Notes: a model not told the origin generated them from the sequence alone. 64,000 nucleotides of DNA from Sedimentisphaerales bacterium (GCA_963708075.1 OY970194.1:352001-416000); one strand, 5' to 3'. Counted from the stretch's first letter, positions 1-12,066 are shown. Program-made: numbers and translations.

Positions 1-3000
1 GCAGGTACTCGATGTCGCCGCCCTGTTGTGTCGCCCGCTGGAACAGGCTCACGTAGGCGGCATAATGAAACGACCGGATCATCCCGGCGATGTCACGCAA
101 CGCCGGCTTCTTCAGCCGCCGCTCCGTGACGGTCCGATTCGGCTCACCTTCGAAGTCGATGATAACAAAATCTTTGCCGGTGTAAAGGACCTGGCCCAGA
201 TGGTAATCTCCGTGCGTGCGGATTTTCATCGCCGTGATCTTGCGGTCCATGATCCGATGCACACGATTGAGGATCGTTTTCCGTTCGCCAAGCACTCGCC
301 TGACGGCCTCCGCGGTAGACGGGTCCAGGGAGCGCAGGTTGGTGTCCAGATCGCTGAACACCTGTAGCACCAGCCCGCGGATCGATTGATACAGGGACTT
401 CTGGTAAAGCAGGGAAAGTGGCTCAGGAGTGACATCGGGGCTCTGGGAAAGCGAGATCAGGGCCAGGTGGAGTTCCCCTGTTCGCTGACCGAGCAGATCG
501 ACCATCTGCACGTAAACGGGCCCGATAAAATCACGAACCACCTGGGGTAATTCCTCCGGCGAGAACCGGATGCAGCGAAGGAGGCATCTCCGGCAGCGCT
601 TGCAGCTTGCTCTTCATCGCCAGGGCGTCGCTGAAGGACCGATCGATGCTGTCGAGCGTGAACGACCAGGCATCGCCCTGGTTGGGGACGAGCTGCAGAA
701 GCACGGCCATGCCCATCGGCCCGGCGTTGTCTCGCTGCCATTCCAGGGAGCCGGCGTAGGCCGGCAGATTTGTGAAATTCGTTTCTTCCGTCAAGCGGCG
801 CGACAGCTCGATTTCCGGGCTGACTCCTTCCTCGACACGGCGATACAGTTTCAGGAAAAACGCGCCGTCATAGACGATCGCCGTGTTGGATTGCTCGGCC
901 TTAAGGACACGCGAGGGAACCGGCAGCGTTCGGTTGCCGAGCAGTGTGAAGAACCGGTTGCCTCGCCGAGCAATCACCTGGCCCCCGTCCATCTTCCGGC
1001 TGCGCCGCCGCGCGATCATCTCCAGCAGGGCGCGATGCAAGTCCTCACTGATGATCGCCTCGTAGAGGATGCCCTCCTGGTCTGGCAATCGCAACGGAGC
1101 GATCACGTATTGCGGCGATTCACTGGTGATCTTCGCCTGCTGTTCGCGTGCGGCAAAACCGATCGGTACGATGTAGCTGTCCTTGGGGCCGTCGGCGTAG
1201 GTGACCTCCAGCAGCAGGAGGTAGATGGAACCGCCCGGGATTGGCACGACCACATGGTCTGCGATCCTCGTGGCGCGAATGATCCTGCCCTTGCCGCCAA
1301 ACCAGCGTGCACGGCGAATGTACTCCTGCAGCGCCTGCAGGAGCTGCGGCTCGGCGCTGCCGCCGAGGATTTCCTGCCATGGGGTGTCAGACTGTATGGC
1401 AAAGGGTCTTTCCGCTTGTGGATGGACGGACTCCGCCGGCGGCTCCAGGGCGAGCCAATAGAACGTGTGCGGCGCCAGCGTCACGACGTAGGGGGCGTCC
1501 GCGACCCTGGGGAACTCATTGTCGCTGAAGATCGCCTTCACACGAAAGCCGGCGTGATCGGGCAGTTGAATGGACACAGCCTGAGAGTAGCGAGACAGGT
1601 TCGCCACGACCAGAATGTTCTCCTGGCCGTACGTCCGCAGAAACGTCAGGACCTTCTTGTTGTCCGACCGGAGGAACTGTATGCCGCCGCGTCCGAACGC
1701 CTTGTACCGTTTCCGCAGGGCGATGGTCCCCCGCATGAACCACAACAGGGAGGAAAGGTTTCGGCTCTGGTTCTCCACATTCGTCGTAATATAATTATAT
1801 TCGGGGTCTATAATGACCGGTAGAAAGAGTCTCTGGGGATTGGCCGTGGAGAAGCCCGCGTTCAGGCTCGCATTCCACTGCATGGGCGTGCGCACCCCGT
1901 CACGGTCGCCGAGGTGATAGTTGTCACCCATGCCGATCTCATCGCCGTAGTAGAGGATCGGCGTGCCGGGCAGCGACAGCAGCAGGCTGTTCATCAGTTC
2001 GATGAGCCGGCGGTTGTTGTCCAGCAGGGGGGCCAGACGCCGGCGAATCCCGACGTTGATGCGAGCCAGCGGGTCCTGCGCGTAGACCCGGTACATGTAA
2101 TCCCGCTCCTCGTCCGTGACCATCTCGAGCGTCAGCTCGTCATGATTGCGCAGGAACATGCCCCACTGACAGTTGGCGGGGATGTCCAGGCTCTGTTCGA
2201 GGATGTCCATGATGGGGAACCGGTCCTCCATGCGGATGGCCATGAACAGGCGCGGCATGATGGGGAAATGAAACGCCATGTGGCATTCATCGCCGTTGCC
2301 GAAGTAGGCGGCCGCGTCCTCCGGCCACTGGTTGGCCTCCGCCAGGAGCATGCGGTCCTTGAATTTCCTGTCCACGTGGGCGGCAGCTCCTTGAGAAAGG
2401 CGTGGGTTTCCGGCAGATTCTCGCAGTTGGTGCCTTCCCGCTCGAACAGGTAGGGCACCGCATCCAGCCGCATGCCATCCACTCCAAAAGTGAACCAGTA
2501 ATCCAGGACGCGCAGGATCTCCCGGCGGACCCGCGGGTTGTCATAGTTCAGATCGGGCTGATGGCTGTAGAACCGGTGCCAGTAATATGCCTGTGCAACA
2601 CTGTCCCAGGCCCAGTTGGAGTCCTCGAAGTCCGTGAAGATGATGCGGGCATCCTTGTACTTGTCCGGCGTGTCGCTCCAGACGTAGTAGTTGCGCAGCG
2701 CCGAGCCGGGATTCGCCCGCCGCGATTGCTGAAACCATTTGTGCTGATCCGACGTGTGATTGATGACCAGCTCCGTGATCACGCGGATATCCCGCCGGTG
2801 CGCCTCCCGCAGGAACTTTCGGAAATCCGCCAAGGTGCCGTACTGGGGGTGGATGTTGAAATAGTCGGCGATGTCATAGCCGTCGTCAAGCAGCGGCGAT
2901 GGGTAGAACGGCAGCAGCCACAGGGCGGTCACCCCCAGATCGCGGATGTAGTCCAGCTTCCGGATCAAGCCCTCGAAGTCGCCGATGCCGTCGCCGGTGC

Positions 3001-3088
3001 TGTCGTAAAACGATTTCACGTGCAGCTCGTAGATGATCGCGTCTTTGTACCAGAGCGGTTGATCGGCCTGTGCCTGCGGATCCGTCAC
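1..3088 (-). CDS. treS: Trehalose synthase TreS fused to maltokinase (Mak/Pep2); two apparent frameshifts (~2380 and ~560-590); 3' end runs off the window
   Basis: [47 protein letters not shown] (2132..3088); [28 protein letters not shown] (531..2375); manual translation below 560 gives [34 protein letters not shown]. Confidence 0.93.
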
Positions 3089-3104
3089 GTAGGATTGCTC
3101 GCTT

Positions 3105-5121
3105 TCACATAAAATAATCGAAGTCGGTTTCCCGCCGCAGCCCCTTGTGGATGCGCAGGATATGCCCCGGCATAATACGTGGTTCCAGCTCGACGTAGTT
3201 CGCTTCTCCCTGCCAGATATATTTGTCGTCGGTGATCAGCTCATGCGCCAGGAAGGGCCTGCGTGGATCGATCTCCATTTTGTGCAGGGGCAGTCTGACC
3301 CAGCCGGACTGCCTGTGATGTGGGTCAATGCTCACGACAGCTATGATGATATTCGACTTGTCCTCCGTCATCTTGCCATAGCAGAGCATCGCCTCGTTGT
3401 CGATCGGGCACAACTCGATGTTCCGGATGCTCTGCAGCGCCGGGTTCTGCCGGCGAATCCGATTCACCCGCTCGATGACGGGACGGATGTTGCCCTCCGT
3501 GTCCCAGTCCCACGGCTTGATCTCGTATTTTTCCGAGTTGAGATACTCTTCTCTTCCCTCGATGGCCTGATCGACACACAGCTCATAGGCGGGCCCGTAG
3601 ATGCCGTAGCTGGCCGACAGGGTCGCCGCCAGGAGCAGGCGGATGATGAAGGCGGACCGGCCGCCGAACTGGAGATACTGCGGCAGAATGTCCGGCGTGT
3701 TCGGCCAGAAGTTCGGCCGCAGGTACTCGCCGATTTCTGTCTGTGTCAGCTCCTGAATGTACTGTTCCAGCTCCCACTTGGTGTTGCGCCAGGTGAAGTA
3801 GGTGTATGACTGATTGAAGCCGATCTTGGCCAGCCGCTGCATCACCTTGGGCCGTGTAAAGGCCTCGGACAGGAAGATTACGTCCGGATAATCCCGCCGG
3901 ACCTCGCCGAGCAGCCATTGCCAGAAGGCAAATGGTTTTGTGTGCGGATTATCCACGCGGAAGATGCGAATGCCTTTATCGATCCAGAAGAGCACCACGC
4001 TCTTGAGCTCCTCCCAGAGCGGCTGCCACTGGTCGGTTCTCGAAATTCAGCGGCAGAATATCCTCGTATTTCTTGGGTGGATTCTCGGCGAATTGCACGG
4101 TCCCGTCGGGTCGCCATCGGAACCATTCCGGATGCTCCTTCACGTATGGATGATCCGGCGAGCACTGGAATGCCAGATCCATGGCGACTTCGAGGCCGTA
4201 CTCGCCCGCTTTGCCGATGAACCGCTGGAAATCATCGAAGGAGCCCAAGTCCGGGTGGATGGCCTTGTGTCCACCCAGGGAGGAGCCGATGGCCCACGGG
4301 CTGCCCGGATCCTCCGGCGTGGAGAGGGTGGAGTTGTTCTTGCCCTTGCGGTTTGTCTGCCCGATCGGGTGGACTGGAGGCAAGTACAAGACGTCGAAAC
4401 CCATCCCGGAAATCTCCGGCAGCAACCGCTCGCAGTCGCGGAACGTGCCGTACTTGCCGGCTTCACTGAAGGAGCGGGGGAACAGCTCGTACCATGTGCT
4501 GAAGACCGCCCTCGGTCGGTCGACGACGACGACAAGCTCCTTATCGTACGTCACAGCCAGCGATTTATCCGTGTATTTGCGCATCAGTTCCGTCAATGCC
4601 TCGCTCAGCGCAACGTCCGACGCCCGCACGAGGCTGCCGGGCGATTGCAGAACCTGGGCCCACTCCCTCAGCTTGGGGGCATCGTCGGACTCGGCCGTTT
4701 CAGCCGCTGCGAGAACCATCTCCGCGCCCGTCTGCGACTCCACGGCGATGTTCTGTCCGGCTTCGAGTCTCTTACGCAGATCGCTCTGCCACGTGGCGAA
4801 GTGGTCCACCCACGCGATGGCCGTGTACAGATACTCGCCCAGCTCCCGGACCTTGAACGAGGCGGACCATTCATCGTTGATCTCGTAGATCATTTCCTGA
4901 ATAGTCCATTCACTCTGTTCTCGCTTCCTGTAAAGAATCTGCGCCCGAATGTGATCGCGCCCGTCGCCGAAGGCATGAGCCACAACAGTCACCGATTCAC
5001 CTGCCGCCCGTTTGATGGGGAAGCGGCCGCAATCGACCTGCGGTCCCACGTAATCTACGACTGCACGTTTCTTCCCATGAACCGTCAGCAGGTTCTGATT
5101 TTCGGGGTGTTCTGCATTCAT
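3105..5121 (-). CDS. glgE: Alpha-1,4-glucan:maltose-1-phosphate maltosyltransferase GlgE; apparent frameshift at ~4038
   Basis: [28 protein letters not shown] in 3976..5238; [29 protein letters not shown] in 3105..3998; removing one base joins the frames as [16 protein letters not shown]. Confidence 0.93.
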
Positions 5122-5321
5122 ATCCGGCCGTAATTGGTACAACCTCCAAATTGCAAGATTTCGCTTAGAAACCGGATAGGCGATTTCCTCGACGCTCTGA
5201 GCAAATGGAGCGTCCCATAACTGCTGTCCGACAGTCAAGTGAGCGTGGTCGCAAGCCGATAACAGAGGAGAGCATCCATGGATCTGGGAGCATGCTCACA
5301 GGTATCGCAGGGCTTTGAAGT

Positions 5322-5771
5322 ATGCGAAAGGCGTTCTCACTTGTGGAGTTGATGATCGTCGTGGCCGTCATCGGGATCTTGGCCGCCCTGTGCATGCCCT
5401 ATCTTCACAACCATGCCGCAGAGGCTAAAGAGGCTGCTGCGAAGGATAACCTGCGAGTCCTCCGTGATGCGATTGAGTTCTTCGCCGTGCGCCACAGCGA
5501 TACCGCTCCGGGATATCCGGGGCACGATCGCACCGCCGTCCCAACAGAAGACAGTTTTCGACTCCAATTGACCATTGAAGCAGGTTGCCTGCGAAAAATA
5601 CCTGCCAACCCCTTCAACAATCTCGATACGATACACATGATCAAGAATGGGGAGGCGTTCCCATCTGAGGGCACGGGCAACTACGGCTGGATCTACCAGC
5701 CGGCCACACGCAACATCCGCCTCGACCGGCCGGGCAACGACAGCGGTGGAGCCCCATACCTGAGCTACTGA
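5322..5771 (+). CDS. Prepilin-type N-terminal cleavage/methylation domain protein (GspG/pseudopilin-like)
   Basis: KAFSLVELMIVVAVIGILAAL class III signal; IPANPF motif. Confidence 0.88.
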   Translation: MRKAFSLVELMIVVAVIGILAALCMPYLHNHAAEAKEAAAKDNLRVLRDAIEFFAVRHSDTAPGYPGHDRTAVPTEDSFRLQLTIEAGCLRKIPANPFNNLDTIHMIKNGEAFPSEGTGNYGWIYQPATRNIRLDRPGNDSGGAPYLSY

Positions 5772-5862
5772 TCCCCCTCCACGGAGCCTTCCGGAATCGG
5801 CTTGCCTGCGTCCAGGGTCCCTGTTATCCTCTTGCCTTGCTATTGATTGAGGATCAGGGAAT

Positions 5863-8229
5863 ATGAGCAGGTTCAGGGGGCTTTTGCGGATGGTCGTGCC
5901 GAGTGCGACTGTCTTTTTTTCCAGCGGATGCACGGTGATCCTTGTGCTGACCGGCTTCCGACTGGTCGCCCGGCATCTGGGATCGTCGCTTTACACGTGG
6001 ACTGCGACCCTCGCTGTCGTGCTCGCCGGCGTTGCCGTCGGCAACTACCTGGGTGGACGCATTGCAGACTGCTATCATTCCCGACGGGCCCTTTCTGTTC
6101 TGTTCGGACTCTCCTCGGCGGCCTGTATAACTGTCCTCATTGTGGATAATGTCGCGGGCCAGTGGATGGGCCTCTGGCATCTGAGTTGGCCGGTGCACGT
6201 GTTCATCCACGCCTCGCTCGTATTTCTGCTGCCTTCGTGCTTGCTGGGGGCAATCCTTCCTGTTGTTGCCAAGACGGCGATCGAGAAGGTAATGGCGAAC
6301 GGATCTCGCGACGAAGCAGCACCGTCGCCCGATTCGGCTGCGGCCGGCTCCGCGGCGACGGGTATGGCCGGACGGACGATCGGCGGCCTCTATGCGTGGA
6401 GTGCGGCAGGGGGCATCGTGGCGATCCTCCTGGGAGGATTCTTCCCGCCGACGGGTAATGCGATCATCCTGTGGCTCACTGGGGCGGCCCTGTTGGCAAT
6501 GGCGATCCTCTACTGGATCAGTTGCTGGGCGTTGTACCTGTGGGCGATGATCTTTGCGGCACTGGCAACCATGGGGATGGCGCCCGCCAAGTGGGCACAG
6601 GAGGCAGGCACGGCAGCCCTGTTGAGGGAGCAGCGAGATCCGGACATCCTGTACATTGACCAGACGCCGTACGGCTATGTGGCCGTGACGCAAACCTCCA
6701 AACGGCCCGACAGACGGGAATTCATCGAGGGCAGGCTCATACGCAGTGAAGCGGTCATCGGGGATGTGACAGACCTGCAGTGCTTCTATACGAAGATCTT
6801 TGCCGGGCTCACACGGGGGCTGATCGCCGACAAAAGCAAGCCTTCGATGATGGTCATCGGCGGGGGGGGGTATGTGTTCCCGCGGTACCTCAAGACCGTC
6901 TGGCCCGGCAGTGTCGTGGAGGTCGTTGAGCCCGATCCGGGCATAACCGCAGCGGCCGAGGCACTTGGCCTGGACCACAATAGCCCGATCAAGACGATCC
7001 ATACAGATGCACGGGACTACGTAGATGGGCTCCTGAGGCAGGAACAATCGGGCGGGGGGGCAAGACGGTACGACTTCATCTACGAGGACGCCTTCAACGA
7101 CTACGCCGTGCCGTTTCCGCTGGTGACGAAGGAATTCAATGACAAAATCTCGCGGCTGCTCACCGCCGACGGCGTCTACATGGTCAATTTGATGGATACG
7201 TACGAGAGCGGCCGGCTCCTCGGCGCCGTTGTCAGCACGCTCGGCCAGACCTTTTCCAATGTCTATGTTGTCGCGGGCCAAAGGGGGCTGCCTTCCTTGC
7301 GAAACAGCTTCGTGGTGGTCGCTGCCGGGCGCAGGCTTGGTGTCGAAGCCATCCTCCGCAAGCATGACGAGCACCTGAGATTTCAGCTCCTGGATGACTC
7401 GCAAATGGCGCCTTTCAGAGAGGCGAGCGGTGGCATGGTCCTGATGGACGACTACGCACCAGTGGAGAGCCTGCTCGCGCCGGTCATGCGGCAGGGTGCG
7501 AAGGCCATCCTGGCGCAGGAGTGCTTTGACAGGGCTTGCACGCTGCAGGGTGAAGGCCGAAGCGACCTGCGCCATGCCTGGGAGCTTCCTCGTGGTGGCT
7601 CGCCGGATCCGAGTGCTGCCATGCGCAATCACGGCCTTGAGGAATACGAACAGAGCGTCGAGCAGTACAGGAAGGCCGTCGAGCTTGACCCCTCCTTGTC
7701 CATTGAGGCATATAACGGGATCGGCCTGACGCGGATCGAGCAGGGCAAGCTGGAGGAGGCCGCGAGGGCCTTCCGCAGCGCCATCGACTACCACCAGGCG
7801 GCAGACTTGCAGGATGTCGCCATTGCCCCTGTGTACAAGAATCTCGGCATGCTGCTACGGCGAACGGGCAAGACCGCGGAAGCAGATGCGCAGTTGGCGC
7901 AAGCGGCCAAATGGTTCCGGATCGGGGTGGAGGAGAATCCTCGCTCCGTCGTCGCCTGGGAACAGCTTGGCGGCGTGCTGGCGATGCGGGAGGACATGAA
8001 GGGGGCATCACAGGCGTTCGAGAAGGCAATTGCACTTGAGCCCGGCAATCTCTCCCATTACGAGAAACTGGCCAAGACTCTGGAACATCAGAAGCGATAC
8101 GGCGAGGCAATCGAGGTCGTCCGAAGGCAGATCAAGCTGCTGGAAGATCGCCGTGAGCGTGACTTGACTGCACAGGCCCGCCAGCACCTGGAGTTGCTCG
8201 AATACCAGCGAGCCAAGCAGCCCCACTGA
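5863..8229 (+). CDS. Fused MFS-like membrane domain / spermidine synthase-like SAM domain / TPR protein
   Basis: N-terminal TM helices (LGSSLYTW, GNYLGGRIAD); VIGGGGYVFP, VEVVEPDP, DFIYEDAF, DDYAPVE; C-terminal TPRs. Confidence 0.85.
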   Translation: MSRFRGLLRMVVPSATVFFSSGCTVILVLTGFRLVARHLGSSLYTWTATLAVVLAGVAVGNYLGGRIADCYHSRRALSVLFGLSSAACITVLIVDNVAGQWMGLWHLSWPVHVFIHASLVFLLPSCLLGAILPVVAKTAIEKVMANGSRDEAAPSPDSAAAGSAATGMAGRTIGGLYAWSAAGGIVAILLGGFFPPTGNAIILWLTGAALLAMAILYWISCWALYLWAMIFAALATMGMAPAKWAQEAGTAALLREQRDPDILYIDQTPYGYVAVTQTSKRPDRREFIEGRLIRSEAVIGDVTDLQCFYTKIFAGLTRGLIADKSKPSMMVIGGGGYVFPRYLKTVWPGSVVEVVEPDPGITAAAEALGLDHNSPIKTIHTDARDYVDGLLRQEQSGGGARRYDFIYEDAFNDYAVPFPLVTKEFNDKISRLLTADGVYMVNLMDTYESGRLLGAVVSTLGQTFSNVYVVAGQRGLPSLRNSFVVVAAGRRLGVEAILRKHDEHLRFQLLDDSQMAPFREASGGMVLMDDYAPVESLLAPVMRQGAKAILAQECFDRACTLQGEGRSDLRHAWELPRGGSPDPSAAMRNHGLEEYEQSVEQYRKAVELDPSLSIEAYNGIGLTRIEQGKLEEAARAFRSAIDYHQAADLQDVAIAPVYKNLGMLLRRTGKTAEADAQLAQAAKWFRIGVEENPRSVVAWEQLGGVLAMREDMKGASQAFEKAIALEPGNLSHYEKLAKTLEHQKRYGEAIEVVRRQIKLLEDRRERDLTAQARQHLELLEYQRAKQPH

Positions 8230-8236
8230 TCACGCA

Positions 8237-8812
8237 TTACTGGTCGGCGACCTTTCGAAATGTGAGCGGCTTTGTCTCTCCGTAGGTGGGATCGGTCGAC
8301 AAGTCGAAGGGCGGCTTATCCGGGGCACGACCCGTGTAGTGGGTGAACGTGGTCCACTGCGTTTGCCATATGCTCTGGGCGGGGCTGATGGGGCCGGCGA
8401 AGACGTCCGTGCTCGATCCTTCGATGATGTTGCCGGCCATCTCCACATGCACGCGATCCATCACAATTCTAATGGTGAGCTGGCCCGAGCCCGGCGCGTA
8501 ATGGACCGCCCATTTCCCCGGCGTGAAGACTCCCTCGCCTCCGCTCGTTGTCGGCATCGTGGTCGGCCGGCCGGGAATGACTCGGACCCGGCCGAGACTG
8601 ATTACGGCTGACACGATTCGGCCGTCCGGCGCGAAGACAAATTCCCAGCCGTCCGTGTCCGCTTTCCATCGCCCTGCGATATCACTGGGAAAGGCCTTAC
8701 TTCCCTCCACAACGACGTCTACAGGTCCAGCTTGAGTATCCAGCGGGCTGTGGCAGCCGCCGGCCAGCAGCGCCGACACGCCACAGATCAGGAACATCCA
8801 TTTCAAAGTCAC
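8237..8812 (-). CDS. Hypothetical lipoprotein (start uncertain: 8812 GTG or 8797 ATG)
   Basis: Hydrophobic stretch ending LLAGG-C lipobox; beta-rich body. Confidence 0.65.
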   Translation of the reverse strand: MTLKWMFLICGVSALLAGGCHSPLDTQAGPVDVVVEGSKAFPSDIAGRWKADTDGWEFVFAPDGRIVSAVISLGRVRVIPGRPTTMPTTSGGEGVFTPGKWAVHYAPGSGQLTIRIVMDRVHVEMAGNIIEGSSTDVFAGPISPAQSIWQTQWTTFTHYTGRAPDKPPFDLSTDPTYGETKPLTFRKVADQ

Positions 8813-8833
8813 GGTCCCATTCCTTGACAAGGC

Positions 8834-8867
8834 AAAAAAGAAAGGCAAGTCCGAAGACTTGCCTTTC
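8834..8867 (-). terminator. Rho-independent terminator after the 8910..9872 gene
   Basis: Minus strand GAAAGGCAAGTC-TTCG-GACTTGCCTTTC followed by a T tract. Confidence 0.85.
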
Positions 8868-8909
8868 GTCGTCTCTTCTTGAGGCACTGATCCGGCGAAG
8901 CTCACCGTG

Positions 8910-9872
8910 TTACTGCACTCTCGCGGCGCAATCCGCAGGCACGCCCGGGCCCGCCGGCGCTTCTTTCACCAGCCAGCTTCCGATCAGGATATTCAGGTCG
9001 TTCGTGCCGACGCGGTACCAGCCGGCCTCATCGCTGCCTTCTTTATTGTGCCCGAAATCGGCGCAGATGCCGTTCTCGATGGACGCGATTCCCGGGCCGA
9101 ACGGCGGCTCCTTCACCTGCCAGGCATTGATCAACACATTCAGATCGTCCGTGCCCACGTAGTAGGTACCCGTATTGCCGGCCACCGCCAGACCATCGGC
9201 GTCACCATGGCACTGTCTCGGGTATGTCCAGCAGGCAGGCTTGCCGACAGCGACCCATTCGGCGTAATCCGATGCGCTTGCCGCAGCCACACTGCCGCCG
9301 CCGGAAACCACAGCGGTTGCCTGGCTCAGAACGACGGTCGCGGGCTTGTCCGGGTCAGTCAGCACGACGCCGCCGCGTACCGGGTTCAGCGCGATCGTCA
9401 CGGTGGCCGGTTCGCTGACCGCCAGCTTGAACAATGTCCCGCTGTTCGGCGGGGCGTTCGGGGAATTGTCCGCGGTCGGATAGTACAGGGCGCCCATCTC
9501 GATCGTGATGCCATTGGTGCCCAGTCCGCCGAGCGCGCCGCTGTCGCACGGATCGGCGACGGGCGTGTAGTCGTTGACGTCCCACTTGGCCACCTCACCC
9601 GTGTCCGCGTTGACCGTGATGTAGCGGGCGAAGTTGGCGGGGAAGATGCCGTAGCCGGGGTCGGCCGCAGTGCTCTCCCCGCGAATGAAGTCGGAGATGC
9701 CCACGATGATGCCCTTGTCCACGGTGATGTCCAGGGCAAACGCCCGGACCTTCTCGTCCGTCTCGTACTTGACCGCGACGGTCTTGCCGTCAGGCTCGGC
9801 GATGATTCGCACGGCCGCCAGAGCCGGCGAAGCAGCCACGAGCACTGCCAGCAATGCACACAGTTTTTTCAT
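8910..9872 (-). CDS. Secreted protein: beta-sandwich (possibly cohesin-like) N-terminal domain plus atypical dockerin-like C-terminal duplication
   Basis: Signal peptide MKKLCALLAVLVAASPALA; duplicated GDADG...VGTDDLNVLINAW / ADFGH...VGTNDLNILIGSW. Confidence 0.7.
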   Translation of the reverse strand: MKKLCALLAVLVAASPALAAVRIIAEPDGKTVAVKYETDEKVRAFALDITVDKGIIVGISDFIRGESTAADPGYGIFPANFARYITVNADTGEVAKWDVNDYTPVADPCDSGALGGLGTNGITIEMGALYYPTADNSPNAPPNSGTLFKLAVSEPATVTIALNPVRGGVVLTDPDKPATVVLSQATAVVSGGGSVAAASASDYAEWVAVGKPACWTYPRQCHGDADGLAVAGNTGTYYVGTDDLNVLINAWQVKEPPFGPGIASIENGICADFGHNKEGSDEAGWYRVGTNDLNILIGSWLVKEAPAGPGVPADCAARVQ

Positions 9873-10178
9873 ACGACAACCTCCTTTTCTCTCTTCTTCG
9901 CGAGGCAATGCGCCCCGCCCTATCTTGGTGTACCTTCGACATCTGCCAGATGCCGCCCGCACATTCTCACGAGAGACAGGTGCAGGTCACATCTACCGTA
10001 CCAGAAACGCCCAGAGAAATCAAGGGCAAAAGCAATAAAACGAAACTCATCCGGTTCTCGTGTCCCTGCGGGTCGGGACGGCCCAATCACCGGGGACGTT
10101 GTTCGCAGGAAGTATGTGACGTAAATCATGAGCAGAAAAGAACTTGCAGCTATTGCCCTGACGATTCGCAAACCAACT

Positions 10179-10259
10179 GCATGGGCTGAAGGCCATCCTA
10201 CACCCTGAACTGTCTGTCTCACCCGAGGTTCAGCTCACAGAATGGGCTTTAGCCCATGC
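10179..10259. repeat. REP-like inverted doublet
   Basis: GCATGGGCTGAAGGCCATCCTAC ... GAATGGGCTTTAGCCCATGC. Confidence 0.55.
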
Positions 10260-10379
10260 TGCTTCTGCCTCGGTGATTCCTGAACCATCAGTGGCTTAAT
10301 TCCTCTCACAGCAAGCAGTTGCAGCAAATTCCGATGTTCGGGCGTGTACGGATGGGAGGGCGTGTGGTAAGGTATCGGC

Positions 10380-11636
10380 ATGCGTAACTTTTTGAAAGGG
10401 AGGCTCTTACTGGTTCGGGTGTGCCTGCTGGTGTGCACGCTCTTGCTGGTGGCGATAGGGGTGGCGACGCTGTACGCGGTGGGCCACCCGGCCGAGACCA
10501 GTGTGGGCACCGATGTGGAGGAACTGGCGGAGCTGGCCGGGTACTGGAAGAAGCAGCTCATGTTCGCCTTCATCGGCCTGGCCGGCTTTGTGGCGGCCAA
10601 CCTTGTGAACTATCGTAAGCTCGGCGAGGCCAGTTACGCGATGTATGCGATCATCCTTGTGTTGCTGGCGCTTCTGTTGGTCAGCCGGTTCTTTGGCCCA
10701 TTGCCGTTTATCGAGCCCTCCCACGGGGCGTATCGCTGGATCCAGGTAGACGTGGGGAGCCACCAACTGCCCGCTATCCAGCCATCCGAGCTGTGCAAGA
10801 TCGCTTACATCCTGGCCCTGGCCTGGTATCTGCGCTTCCGGAGCAATTATCACAGCTTCAAGGCCCTCCTGGGCCCGTTTGCCCTGACGCTGCTGCCGAT
10901 GCTGTTGATCCTCCTTGAGCCGGACCTGGGCACGGTGATGCTGATGCTGCCGGTGCTGTTCTCGATGCTGTTCATCGCGGGCGCCCGGGCAAAACACCTG
11001 CTTCTCATCATCCTGCTGGCGGTCGTGGTCAGTCCGGCCCTGTGGTACAAGATGGAGCCCTACCAGCGCAGACGCGTCAGCAGCGTGCTGCTCCAAAGCG
11101 ATTGGATTCGCAGCAAGGTTACCGAGAACCAGACCCTGAGCAACATCATTGTCGGCGGCAAATTCAGCGAGCGCCTGTGGCGAACCGACTGGGGCTTTCA
11201 CATCATCCGCTCGAAGTACGCCGTGGCATCGGGCGGACTGGCCGGCACGGGGTTCGGCAAGGGGCCCTTCGTGAAGTACAACTTCCTGCCGGAGCGGCAC
11301 AACGACTTCGTCTTCTCCGTCGTCGCGCATCAGTGGGGCTTCATGGGCTGTCTCGGCCTGTTGCTCTTGTATGCGCTTCTGATCGCCTGCAGCCTGGAGA
11401 TCGGAGCGAACAACACCGATCCTTTCGCCCGGCTCGTGGCCATCGGCGTCGCCGCGATGTTCGTCATCGAAATCGTGGTGAATATCGGCATGACCCTGGG
11501 CATCATGCCGGTGACCGGCCTGACGCTTCCCTTCATCAGCTACGGCGGTTCCAGCCTCCTGGTGAACCTGATCGCGGTAGGCCTGCTCAACAACATCGGC
11601 CGCTGCCGCCCCTTCACCGTCGCCCCCAAGCGATAG
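10380..11636 (+). CDS. rodA: FtsW/RodA/SpoVE (SEDS) family protein, probably RodA
   Basis: IQPSELCK, EPDLGT, LPERHNDFVF, MPVTGLTLPFISYGGSS. Confidence 0.88.
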   Translation: MRNFLKGRLLLVRVCLLVCTLLLVAIGVATLYAVGHPAETSVGTDVEELAELAGYWKKQLMFAFIGLAGFVAANLVNYRKLGEASYAMYAIILVLLALLLVSRFFGPLPFIEPSHGAYRWIQVDVGSHQLPAIQPSELCKIAYILALAWYLRFRSNYHSFKALLGPFALTLLPMLLILLEPDLGTVMLMLPVLFSMLFIAGARAKHLLLIILLAVVVSPALWYKMEPYQRRRVSSVLLQSDWIRSKVTENQTLSNIIVGGKFSERLWRTDWGFHIIRSKYAVASGGLAGTGFGKGPFVKYNFLPERHNDFVFSVVAHQWGFMGCLGLLLLYALLIACSLEIGANNTDPFARLVAIGVAAMFVIEIVVNIGMTLGIMPVTGLTLPFISYGGSSLLVNLIAVGLLNNIGRCRPFTVAPKR

Positions 11637-11796
11637 CGACAACGAAGCGAGATATGCATCCATAATTCGAATGAAATACTGCTGTGAGGTTGGCGGGAAT
11701 TCAGGTAGAATGGTGGGTAGTTGCTTTCGCTCTATGATTGAGGATCTAGAGCACGATGATCAGCCATCGATGGCCAGAATGGTGGGCAATCTGAGG

Positions 11797-12066
11797 ATGA
11801 ATGAGTCCTATCTGGAAGTGACATTCCGACACGGCCGGCCGATGGCCGCGTACTACTATCTGCCGCGTCGTCCTACGGACAAGAGCTATCGAACCAAGCG
11901 AGGTGAGCCGGGACTCATCATTGACTTCGCTCGTGATGGAAAGCCGATCGGCATTGAAATTGTTGCGCCGGACCAGCTTACGTTGCCCGTGTTCAATCGT
12001 GTGCTTCGGGAGCTTGGTTTTCCTCCGCTCAAGCGAGCCGACCTGGCCCCGTTGGCAGCGGTTTAG
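11797..12066 (+). CDS. DUF2283-like protein (putative antitoxin)
   Basis: AAYYYL ... GLIIDFARDGKPIGIEI. Confidence 0.75.
   Translation: MNESYLEVTFRHGRPMAAYYYLPRRPTDKSYRTKRGEPGLIIDFARDGKPIGIEIVAPDQLTLPVFNRVLRELGFPPLKRADLAPLAAV

Noticed and set aside
2370..2390. Programmed ribosomal frameshift in treS
   Set aside because: No slippery heptamer, and the break falls mid-domain; similar indels occur in unrelated genes.
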